Of a stretch of DNA of 64,000 nt, positions 13,976 to 25,048 are shown piece by piece. A program made the position numbers and the translations under genes. Under the pieces are notes generated by a model, which searched no databases, was not told where the DNA came from, and was given only the letters and a program-made list of their open reading frames with translations. Every line of letters starts with the position of its first letter. Position 1 is the stretch's first letter. Source of the stretch: Macrostomum lignano (lineage: Eukaryota); contig NIVC01001236.1 of NCBI GenBank assembly GCA_002269645.1, forward strand, positions 1-64,000. The letters run 5' to 3'.

Positions 13976-15303
13976 CTTGGCAGGCAGCCAATGAAATTTA
14001 TGGATATTTCATTTATACTTTCATTTCAACAGCAGAAATATCCTATGGCAATGAGACAGAAGCTAAAACACTTTCAGCCTAAAAGATTCATCCTCTGGTC
14101 CTTTCAAACTTCACAATAGCAATCTGGCCTGCTCAATGTTTGTCTCTTCTCAGCTCTTCTCTCTAATCTCTTCTATTTTCTCTCTTTACTCTCCACTCCT
14201 TTGCCTTCCCTCCTCTCTCCTATTTCATCCCTCTTTTCCTTCATTCCCTCTGTCTCCGCCCTCCTTTGGCCCGTGCATGCGTATAACTTTCCCACAGGTA
14301 GCCAAGAGAGGACAAATCAGTAGTCACAGAAGAGCTTGGAAGAGTTGACAGAAGAGTTGAGCAAACAACGAAGTTCTTTGTCGAGAAAAAAAGCTTTTAT
14401 TTGATTAACTTTAACTTCCATTTCCGAGCGACATACAGTCCAGCTGTAGTTATAATGATTGAAGATAAGAGCGAAGTTTGACACGAATGCGAGACAGAAA
14501 TGGTGTTGAAGGGTCAATATTGGATGACAAGACTAACACAAATTGTCAAATTCATAACTAAATGGAAACAAACGCAAGAGAGTATCAGGTACACATGTTC
14601 GAATTAAAAAAGCAATATGTTATCAAAACAGACAGCGAACCGGATATTGCGAACAAAGGAAATGCTGGACCAAAGAACTGGCTGGATTTTCATCATTTTC
14701 TATCGAATTTCCTATCATAATAATAAACAGCTTGAAATTAGCGAATAACGTTCTATGTATAAAGTTTCGAATCATTAAGCCAAGCCCATAGCAACAGTTA
14801 ATACTCATGAATAACAATAGAAAATTTCCGTTGCTAAGGGGTTGCTAAGCAGCTAGTAGATTATGATTGCATGCAGAGAGAATCGAACCAAACTTGATGA
14901 ATTGTTGAGACCACTAACATGGAACAGTTGCTGGGAATTTGCAGTAAAAGTACACATAGTGTACTTCAGAAACGTAAGTGGAACCAACTTTCTCAGATAG
15001 CAGGATTATTGACATTATTTGTGGTTCTATTAATAGCATCAATGACCTGCCACAACCTTAAACCTCCTTAGCTTAACTCAACCAGGCAGCAGTGGGGGGG
15101 GGGCAAGAGACCCCCAGGAGAGCTAAACGACTAAATCGATTGCGTCATCAGGGTTAAGGAATCAAGCATCACAATATTACTTAAAAATCGCCGGCACACA
15201 GGCTTTTAACGAGTTTATACCCTTCTTTACAATTCTAACCTATTTCTCATACGTTTTTAGCGGGTTAGTATATCCTATAGTGCATATATTTGAGCAGTCC
15301 GGC

Positions 15304-18300
15304 TCAGGCCTCCCTCAGCCCGTCAATCTTGGCCAGCAGCTCCTTGGCGTCGGCCTCGGTCTTCAGCCGGACCAGGAACGGCACAATGCGCCGGTCGTCA
15401 TTGGCCGACTTCGGCATTGGCGGATTCGGCGGACAAGCCAAACTGAGATTGTTCTTAGCAACCGACAGCTTCATGTCCTTAGTAACCAGAGTGTTGAGCA
15501 TGATGGTGCCCAGGGTGTTGTCCGCCCGCACGATCAACTGCGCCCGGCTGCCGCCCTCCGCCTCCGCCGGCTTGACGTGCACGCAGCCGACGCCCTTCTC
15601 CTTCCACTGTTTGGCCTCGCCGGCGGCCATATAGAACAGCTTGCACTTCTGGCTGAACACGGCGCCGTCCTCGCGAATCTCCCGCGTCTCCGGCTTCGGC
15701 GGCTCGTATTCTTCGTCTTCCTGCTCCTCCTGGGAGCTCGAGGCAGCCGCGGCGGAGGCGGCGGCGAAACCGCCAGGCCCGAACAGGGACAGGCCACCAG
15801 GTGGCTGTTGCGGCAGCGCCGCCCCCGGCCCTGAGTTGAATTTGAATCCTGTGAACCCACTCGACGCTGTCGTCAAGCCAGTCGTTGACGTTGCCGACGT
15901 CGCCGTCGTTGTCGTTGTTGAAGTCGACGAAGCCGTCGTTGACTTGGCTGACGCGCCAAAAAAGAATGTTGCCGTTGTGGCCGCACCGTCAGTCGCCGGC
16001 TTCTGCGGCTGCTGCGAGTTGAAGCTAAACGTGGCAGGCATCGCAGGCGCCATCGTGGTGGCCGTGGTGGCAGCAGTCGTCGGTGCCGATGCCGCGGTGG
16101 ACGTAGTCGCGGCGGAGAAGTTGAACTTTGCCGGACTTGTCGACGCCTTCAAAGGCGCTGCCAGCGTTGTTGAAGTCGTCGTCGGAGTCGCCGCCGCAGC
16201 GGCCGCCGTTCCAGTCGACGAATTTGCAGTTGCCGACGACTCCACGTACGGGTGCCGGCGCTCGATGTCGGCCAGGTGGCGCTCGTAGTCGCGGAACACG
16301 GGCGTGAGAACGCAGTAGGGGCTGTCAGCCACGTGACTCTGAATCCAGCGCAGCACGGACTGGTTCAGCGCCTTCAGCTGGGCCAGGTGGGCGGCATTCG
16401 GATCGGCGGCGGGCGTTGCCGATTTCGCCGTTGTTGTCGTCGACGAGGCCGCCAGCGAATCGGTGGTGGTGGCGGCGGTGGCGTTGGCCGAGAAGTTGAA
16501 AGCCAAAGAGGGGGCTGTCGTGGCCGACGCGGCCTGGGCACCGAAGCCGGTGAAGCCAGTGAACGACTTGAAGAGCCCGCCAGTGCCTTTGCCCTGCCGG
16601 GTCAGAGAAGAGTTTTGCTGTATAACTGTGAGCATGGTTTGTCCGCAACATGGGCCGTTCAGACTCACCATATTAACTGCATATTCCCTGGGCATTTGAA
16701 TTTCAAGCTGTTTCTCGCTCTCATGGGCTTAAAACTAATATCCAACTATTCCAATCCCAGCCTTCACAGCCCCGATCTTTACAATCCTAATCTTCACAGT
16801 CCCAATCTTCACAGTCCCCAAGCTTCACAGTCCCCAATCTTCACAGTCCCCAATCTTCACAGTCCCCAAGCTTCACAATCCCAGCCTTCACAGTCCCGAT
16901 CTTCACAATCCCCAATCTTCACAGTCCCGATCTTCACAGTCCCAATCTTCACAATCCCCAAGCTTCACAGTCCCTAATCTTCACAATCCTGATCTTCACA
17001 ATCCCCAATCTTCACAGTCCCGATCTTCACAGTCCCAATCTTCACAATCCCCAAGCTTCACAGTCCCCAATCTTCACAATCCCGATCTTCACAATCCCCA
17101 ATCTTCACAGTCCCGATCTTCACAGTCCCAATCTTCACAATCCTGATCTTCACTATCCCCAATCTTCACAGTCCCGATCTTCACAGTCCCAATCTTCACA
17201 ATCCCGATCTTCACAATCCCCAATCTTCACAGTCCCGATCTTCACAGTCCCAATCTTCACAATCCCCAAGCTTCACAGTCCCCAATCTTCACAATCCCCA
17301 AGCTTCACAGTCCCCAATCTTCACAATCCCCAAGCTTCACATTCCCCAATCTTCACAATCCCCAATCTTCACAATCCCCAATCTTCACAATCCCGAACTT
17401 TCACAATTCCCAACCTTCACAATCCCCAACCTTCACAATCCCGAACTTTCACAATCCCCAACCTTCATAATTCTTAACCTTTACAATACCCAAACTTCAC
17501 AATTCCTTACCATAAATAATGTAGAAAAGAACAGACAAAATAATTGAGTCAAACAGCTCTCACCTCACTATCGTGAGCTCGCCGCTTAGCAACTCGAATT
17601 TCGCGACCCTTCAGCACATCCTGCGACGCGGTCTTGAAACGGCCAGCCTAGGTTAGTGAGAATTAGTTGGAAACAGTTGGAATATGTTTTCTTAGATAGA
17701 CACAAGAATTGTAAATCTCATTAATAATGATAATTATCATATTCGCATATTCGCAGGAGCTTGAGGGAGAGTGGAGGGTGGTTGGAGAGAGGCAGAGAGG
17801 GAGAGTGGAGAGAGGCGGGGAGGGAGAGAGGGAGAGTGGAGAGGCAGGGAGGGAGTGGATAGGGGCAGAGAAGGAGAGAGGCAGAGGGAGTGAAAAGGGG
17901 CAGAGAGGGAGAGGGAGTGGATAGGGGCAGAAAGGCAGAGGGAGTGGATAGGGGCAGAGAGGGAGAGTGGAGAGAGGCAGAGGGAGTGGATAGGGGCAGA
18001 GAGGGAGAGTGGAGAGAGGCAGAGGGAGTGGATAGGGGCAGAGAGGGAGAGGGAGTGGATAGGGGCAGAGAGGGAGAGTGGAGAGAGGCAGAGGGAGTTG
18101 ATAGGGGCAGAGAGGGAGAGGGAGTGGTTAGGGGCAGAGAGGGAGAGTGGAGAGAGGCAGAGGCAGAGTGGATAGGGGCAGAGAGGGAGAGTGGAGAGAG
18201 GCAGAGGCAGAGTGGATAGGGGCAGAGAGGGAGAGTGGAGAGAGGGTTAGGCCCTCATGGGTGGCAACCCCGGCCAATCTCCGCGCACAAGCCCCAATGA

Positions 18301-18461
18301 ATTCGGTCGCGCATGGAATCAAACCAAGGGTGGTGGCGCGAGAATCAAATGCGTTCACCGCTGAGCAGATCTGTCCCAATTAGCCAACTCACATCTTCCT
18401 TCTCGTCCTCCTGATCCCAGTTTTCGTGATTCAATTCCGATGTTGGGTTTCTCTTGGACAT
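15304..18461 (-). CDS. NUP50: Nucleoporin Nup50 (N-terminal NUP50 domain, FxF/Thr-Ala-rich middle, C-terminal Ran-binding domain); 3 exons, 480 aa
   Basis: Exons complement(15304..16593,17564..17647,18393..18461) = 1443 nt. Exon 1 MSKRNPTSELNHENWDQEDEKED and exon 2 AGRFKTASQDVLKGREIRVAKRR match the Nup50 importin-alpha-binding N-terminus. Also LKALNQSVLRWI...LTPVFRDYERHL, and RanBD FSQKCKLFY...WKEKGVG...QLIVRADNTLGTIMLN. All junctions GT-AG, phase 0. Confidence 0.95.
16755..17510. repeat. 16-17-bp minisatellite (aatcttcacagtcccc) in NUP50 intron 2
   Basis: About 45 units with degenerate ends. Confidence 0.93.
17760..18245. repeat. GA-rich tandem repeat (ggatagggGcagagagggagagtggagagaggcagagggagt-type) in NUP50 intron 1
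   Basis: Polypurine units of about 24-42 bp. Confidence 0.88.
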
Positions 18462-19003
18462 TGCGCGGGCAAGAGTGTACCAAGTCCAGGTGATGAGAGC
18501 ATGAAAGAGTCGAGAGATCAGGTCGAAATTGCAACTTCTTAGACCTCATCACTTAATGAGCCATAAATCAGCAATAGAATGACATAGAGAAGCTATTCAA
18601 CATTCAACAGTAGCATTGGATATTGCTCTTAAAGTTGATTTCTAATTAGAGCAATTTCAATGTGGCAGTAAAAAGTTATATGTAAATGATTATTATCCCA
18701 ACAAATGGCCCTTGTATCATACCAGCTACCATTGGCCATGTACTAGAATGATAACAAAATAAATATTTAAATGGTTCTTTTATCATTAAAATATCCCAGT
18801 CTGATCAATGCTTCTTAGATGATAAATACATGTATTTTTATCCATTATTCCAACTTTTAAACTAAGCATCTAAGGTAAGCTTGATTTTTTAATATACTTG
18901 TTCTTTCCATGCTAGTACATAGGTATTTAATATTTATTACCTTAGAAATAAAATAATTGTTATATTGACTTTCAATTAAAAAGCTTGAAACTTTTTATTC
19001 ATA

Positions 19004-19295
19004 CATGCCCAACCTCAAAATTTCACCTATCTGGTGCAACTTAGTTTTGTCCAGATTTGCAACTTAGTTTCTCCGGATTGCAACTTAATTTTCATTTTGT
19101 ATATGACTTTTCTTGCCTTTTTCTCTTTTCTTCTCTTCTCTTTCTCTCTCCTCTTTTTCTTCTCTCTCTTCTCCCTCTTTTCTTTTCCTTTTTTCTTCCT
19201 CTCCTTTCTTTCTTCTCCCAATTTTTGTTTTTCACATTTTTGACTTTGCAACTTACCTTGTCCATTTTGGACAGGTCAAATGGGTGTTGGGCATG
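19004..19295. mobile_element. Putative MITE (292 bp) with 10-bp TIRs CATGCCCAAC...GTTGGGCATG and TA flanks
   Basis: ta|CATGCCCAAC at 19004-19013 and GTTGGGCATG|ta at 19286-19295. The interior is a CT-rich tract plus short gcaactta repeats. Confidence 0.55.
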
Positions 19296-21214
19296 TATAT
19301 ATTTATTATTGACTTTGTACACTAAATAGAACTTGGACTATTTATTGTTACATCAAATTAGATGGAATAATATTTAATTAATGCATTTTTGTTATAATAC
19401 TTTATAAAAGTTTTGCAATTTAATCATGTATACAAATTATATAATCTCCAAAGGTTTATAGCACTTAAACCTTGTATGAAGTTTATGGTAGCATTAAAGA
19501 CTTAAACATTCTTATGTCTTATTTATATACACTTGCATTGGTACCACAAGTTTTAGATGGAAAAAAAGCCTTTCTGATAGCCCATAGCCTAAGAAAGTCT
19601 CTGATAACAATGACCAAAGAACCAGTTGCAATTGCCATTGATCTACTTGACTTGACTTGATCTATTTTAGGATTTACAAATCACTATGGACATTAGATGT
19701 GCTAGCAATTAATGTTGGCCTTGGATTGGTAATGGTCAATATAATTTTATAATCACCTAAGATAAGAAGCTTTGTGACCCTGAATATCCCACATCCTAAT
19801 AAACACTTACTTAGAAATAAAGTCTGGTCAATATGGTTTTGTTAGTTCAATTGATGTTAGGCCTTAGCTAAAGAGCCATCAGTGCCAATGTAAAGATATC
19901 ACTAATGAAGACATTCTATCATTTTGATATCAAAATAGTGCAGCAATGCAATGGATTATAATTGATTATAAAAAGACAACAAATAGAAACATAAAATCTA
20001 AGTTACAATTTAAAACCTAATCTTTTTTCATTTCTTTATTCATTTTTTCATTTACTACATATAAGTTTTTTATATTTGAAAACAGAATATATAGTCATAG
20101 AAATAAAATGCAAGATAAATAGAATCTGAGCTAGTGTTTTTTCAACTCCTAAATATGCTAATAACCTATTGTGTCCAGGCCTAAAATGTAATGATCATCT
20201 AATCCTGATAGACTGCTATACAACTTATCAACTCAATAGAAAGTAGTCCTACAAGTTACAACCTCAACCACCCAGACCCATCACAATACAATATAATGAG
20301 TGGATAACAAAGTGGTAAGATGACAGTATCTAAGAACCCAATTAGGCATCATATTTTGATTTAAAGACATTAGAATAGTTACTCGTAAATCAATGCATTT
20401 ATTTCCTATAGATTATAGATTAATTTCCTAGGATATACGCTGGCAATGTTGCAGTTTGTTTAGTAGTAGTAGTAGTAGTAAATTTGGCTCAGGCTTAACG
20501 AGCCTGTTATATTGCCAGTATGATTCGATTTATTGTTTCGCGTAATTATTTTTACTTTTGAATACGCGCCAACATGTCACGGAGGCCATAGAGGCTTTTC
20601 ATATTACCAATTCCAGAATCAGAATTCGGTTCGGATCTTCCAAGAAAAACAGCAGTATAACTAATTAATTCTGTTGAATGTTTGACTGCCTTAACAACCT
20701 TACTTAGCACAATTTTTCACTTTCTTCTTGGCGATTGTCATTCAATAATAAAAACTTTATAGCACGTATCTCCCTCTAGTTATGGAGACAAAAAGTTATA
20801 CTTCACAAATTGGTTCTTGTTCTGGAACCAGAACAAGCAATATGAAAAGGCCCATAGACACTTTCGGGCAAGTTTTAGTGAGGGGCGAAGGCCTAACTAC
20901 CTAACTAGTAGGTCCACCATGTACAATCAGTAGCCAGCTACGTGACGTGATCATGATGTAGATCTAGTATATATCTATTATCTAGTGCTTCATGTGCAGT
21001 GGGTAACAATCTGCAAGACCCTGGGGCTGATCCAAATATATTACAATAGACCTTATTAAATACTCGTACGTAAGCTAATACCAATAATCGCGTTCTAATT
21101 CACTTCGACCTATAATTGTAATAATTGATCACACGTGCCCCAATTGGGCCAGATGTGCAGCCGACAGCTCAGCCGCAGCTATTGCGCGGTGCATCTGATA
21201 AAGCTGCGACGTAC

Positions 21215-21436
21215 ATGTACATGTAAGGCTGTTTAGTCCAAGGACTGGGGGGGTCACCACACACCCTCAATTTATACCCTAGCTAATGCTGGTACCCATT
21301 TTACAGCTGGGTGAACTGAAGTAATAGAGTTAAGTGGTCTTGCTCAAGGACACAAATTGTTCCAGTGGGATCGGGAAATCGAACCCCCGACCTTCCAGTC
21401 GTGAGGCCGACGCTCTAACCACTAGGCTACAACCCC
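21215..21436 (-). mobile_element. tRNA-derived SINE (copy 1) with a CORE-like central domain
   Basis: Minus strand: ggttgTAGCCTAGTGGttagagcgtcggcctcacgactggaaggtcggGGTTCGATTTCCcgatcc (A and B boxes), then gtgtccttgagcaagaccacttaac...cagttcacccagctgtaaaatgggtacc. A second copy lies at ~59.0 kb. Confidence 0.8.
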
Positions 21437-23383
21437 CTCTTCGACCCCTTCAACCAACCCCCTCAACCAACTTCGACCTAAACTTAACTAAAATGATTAG
21501 GACTATTCTAACTAAATGAATCCTCCGTGCGATCCTTTTTTCAAACCAAAAAAAGCAAATTTCTTAAAATTCGTTAAAATAATAAAAAATAGTCAACGAT
21601 TCGTGCTTTTGCAATTGATAAATTTCAAAGTATTTTACGAGCGAATTCTCGTATCTTATATTCTTAGATTTACAAACTACGTCGCTATATGAATCTCTCG
21701 ACATGACGCTCATATGTGAAGATTATTATGTGAGACTACAAAACTATACAGCATAATTTGATGTGAGTAAGAAAAATTGAGGTAAAGAAGATAACATCAC
21801 AGGCCGGGCGAGCTATATTAGTGGGTGAACTGAGCTTTATAATGGTCTTGACTCCCTGCTTAAAAAAGTCATTGTCTCGAGCTCAGAACTACGAAATCGG
21901 GGATGATGAAATCGGGACGATGAAAATGCTCATCTTGCTCGCGCATTCTAGCTTTTAAGCTAGTATAGCTGTAGCCATACGAGCTACATCAGTCAATGCT
22001 TTCATTTATTCTTGTCCTAAGTGCACAGCCACCACCAGCACTCGATGGACTCGATGGCCACCAGTACTCGAGGGCCACTCGTCGGTGCTCTTGAAGTCCC
22101 AAAGCTTTCCAGAGTGTTGCTCATGTAGACCAGTTCTAGCGTTGGAACATTGAGAACAACAGTGCGACAGATAAACTGGCGTAGCAGAGCGTTTTGATCC
22201 GCCTCTTCAATTGGCTTCAGCCCACTGGCACAGCGCCGCAACAATGCCATCATCGTTGTTAGGGAGAGCAAGTTCGCAAAGGATCCAACCAAATACCTGA
22301 ACGCACAGAAAAGTAACTGAAAAATTCATGCCAGGAGAGAATTTCTTGAATGAAACTGATAGACAAACCCGGTGGTTGACAGAGCATCTTCGTCTCGAAC
22401 TACATCGCTTTAATGTCAGAAACAAGCTGCTCTGGTGCAAGAAGCATGATCATTAGGAACACATCACCGACGACCTTAGTCGAAGGCTATAATCAAGATT
22501 AATTGAATGATGCCTGTTCGATGACCCAACAAAGACAATCTGAGCCACTGGGCCACGATGAGGATGAAACCCTGTTCTTCTCAGGGTGGAAAGCCTACAC
22601 GGACTGCAACTGCTTGATGGAGATGAAATGTAACCAGCTGATATTTGTGTTGTGGCAAGTATTTACGACCGATTCCGAAATATAGTTAAAAAGTATTTGA
22701 AAGATACTGTGTGCAAGTAAGAACCACTCAAGTATTGATAGAATGATTGTCCTTCTACCTGAGTAGTCATTGTGTGCAAGTCACATACCCACAGAAAATT
22801 GAGGTTCTCAGGACCCTGGCTGGCTTTGCACCACCGCAGATTCCGCGCAGCTAGGGATTGAGAAAAGAAGACAAACTCATTCCTACCTTGTTGTGGCTAT
22901 GTTAGAAATCTACCGTGTGGAATCGAAAATTTTTTAGGAACAACTGTCAACGCCAACTGAACTCAGCTTTACTAAACCAAGCGCGAGGAGTTGCAGAAGT
23001 TCAAGAAATAATTAAAGCAAGCAAGCAATATTGAGACTTAGCTTTTGCGCAGGAAAAGTGCTGCTGTATCTAAAAAGTGTGTATTTTAAGCGGGAAACTT
23101 TTCATTGTCTCTTGCTCAGTTTTTTCCTCCGGCAACTTGTCTATAAAAATTTGAAAAATAACAACTTTTTGCGGCATGTACCTGTATTTATGGCTTCGCT
23201 TTAATCGTTGTGTTTCCTAATTTCGCATACTATATAGTTTAACCTGTTATGTGTGCAGAAAAATTGAAATCTAACATTGTGCAACTTTTTTTCTTCGCAT
23301 TTTTGTTTTGCAAAGTGCAACGGTGCGAAAATTGTTTGTCTTTCTTGTCCATAGAGAAGCGCTCAAAGCGCTCTGGCTCGCAC

Positions 23384-23723
23384 TCAGGCCGGAGCCGGTT
23401 TGGTGCACACGCAATAGCAGACGCTCGTCTTCGGATTGAAGTAGCCGATGCACTGGCGCTCCGGCCCGAAGTGCACCTTGCATCGGTAGCTGCAGAACGG
23501 CACGAAAGCTTGGTGCGCTGGAACAGAAAGTGAACCGGGGATCAGAAAAAAGTTCTGCTGTTTTGTTCCTAAAAGCATTACGAGCTGTCAACTCACTGTC
23601 CATGCGAATTCGCTTGACCTCCGTTCGGGACAGCTCCATCGGGCTGGGGCGCCGCAGCGCCTGGCCAGCGGAAATCAGCCAACCGAGCAGGAAGATGATC
23701 ACAGCAGCTTTGCTAGCAGACAT
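23384..23723 (-). CDS. Secreted cysteine-rich prepropeptide, 86 aa (signal peptide + basic pro-region + 6-Cys cationic domain); family unknown
   Basis: Exons complement(23384..23517,23597..23723), 79-bp intron GAC A|GTGAGT...ttctgttcCAG|CG CAC, phases match, 261 nt. Product MSASKAAVIIFLLGWLISAGQALRRPSPMELSRTEVKRIRMDTHQAFVPFCSYRCKVHFGPERQCIGYFNPKTSVCYCVCTKPAPA*. GCCATG start context and an upstream TATA box. Confidence 0.8.
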
Positions 23724-23819
23724 GGCCAGAGCTTTTGGAGTTTTGGAAGCTTTTGTATCAACATGCAGAAGGGAGACTTGGGAGATTGCTGCTTCAAAAC
23801 AGACGGCCCAATGTTTTCT

Positions 23820-23827
23820 CTTTTATA
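23820..23827 (-). promoter_or_regulatory. Candidate TATA box (TATAAAAG) of the Cys-rich peptide gene
   Basis: Minus-strand GTG TATAAAAG AG about 100 bp upstream of ATG 23723. Confidence 0.5.
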
Positions 23828-25048
23828 CACAAGAACGCTTGTGTCTGTCGGTTGTCAGCCGATGCCAGCTTAGATCTATATCCATGCGCTGAGCAGCTGA
23901 GTCACGCGCGAGCTCGGGCGGGTGACACTAAGCATGTCGCTTCTCAGAATTCAGTGACAAGCCAGCAATCAGTGGCAAGTATTTTCAGCGAAGATTAGAA
24001 ACTTCTGGAAGCTTTGCAGCTGTATTCTCGGTCTTCTATTTGTGTCATTGTCACCGCGGGGATGACTGCGGATCGCGGATCGCTGTCAAAACTGTCATCG
24101 CAGGTTTTTCTCCGCGGATCGCGCCTGAACAGCCGTCAGAGAAGTTTATCGACAGATGTGCGGATATTTATTTGAAATTTTATCTTCTTTTGCGTTTGCA
24201 TGATGTTCCCGCATCTACCTGAATTTCTGAGGTATCTGTTTCTTCCATTCGGTGATGTAGGACAGCCGATCCAGGGTACTGTTTGGCAACATTTTGTACT
24301 TAGCTCGCAAGTTACACATCCCCTTCATCACGAATTGAAAGTTTGAAATAAGTTATAGATAAAACTTTTAAGCATTTTATAAGCTGAATTTAGTGGTTAA
24401 TGAACCACCGTGGTTAATCAAGCAGTAACAACAATCATGTATTTTATATAGGTCGATTAACTCGACAAAGCAGCATTTCAAATAATTGAAGCACAGTGAA
24501 TGCACAATGCCACAGTCGGATAAAGAAGCTTTGAAACACAAAATTTAATGCCTACTGGTCTATGCACGACACCTATATGTTTAATTTGTGTGGGCCATGT
24601 ACAAGAATATAACAAAAGAGAAATTCTATGCGCAGAATACAGTCTGCAGTTCGTCCATACAACAAGTGAAATTCATAGCCAATATTTAAAGTGGTGTAAA
24701 CAAAGATTTCGAATGCTATTAGCAACTTCGAATAAAATCTCGTGCGGATGCGCTTGAAAAAGCTCGACTGTGGACTTTTGTTAGCAGACCTTCGCGGGCC
24801 AAGCGTGCATCTCGCTAAAGCAATAATAACAACTGCATCGACAAAGAGAAATTAAGCAAGGTCCTCCAGGATTTTAAGTAATTTACAATCTACTATTGCT
24901 GTGTAACAGAGATTCTGCAGCGAAATGGCACTCTGATCTCATTTACCAACTCCCCCTGGTGGCCGCGGAAAAGTGACAGCTTGGAAATCTACAAGTAGCC
25001 TCCGACTGCGAATCGTCACGAGTTCCCCAGAGCCTCACGTCTCTCAGT

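Noticed and set aside
21370-21436. Functional tRNA gene
   Set aside because: A and B boxes are present, but I could not pair a proper acceptor stem, and the sequence continues into a SINE body shared with the 59-kb copy.
23271-23723. Unspliced 150-aa ORF as the true product
   Set aside because: After the strong GTGAGT donor at 23596 the read-through has no recognisable features, while the spliced form gives a coherent 6-Cys peptide.
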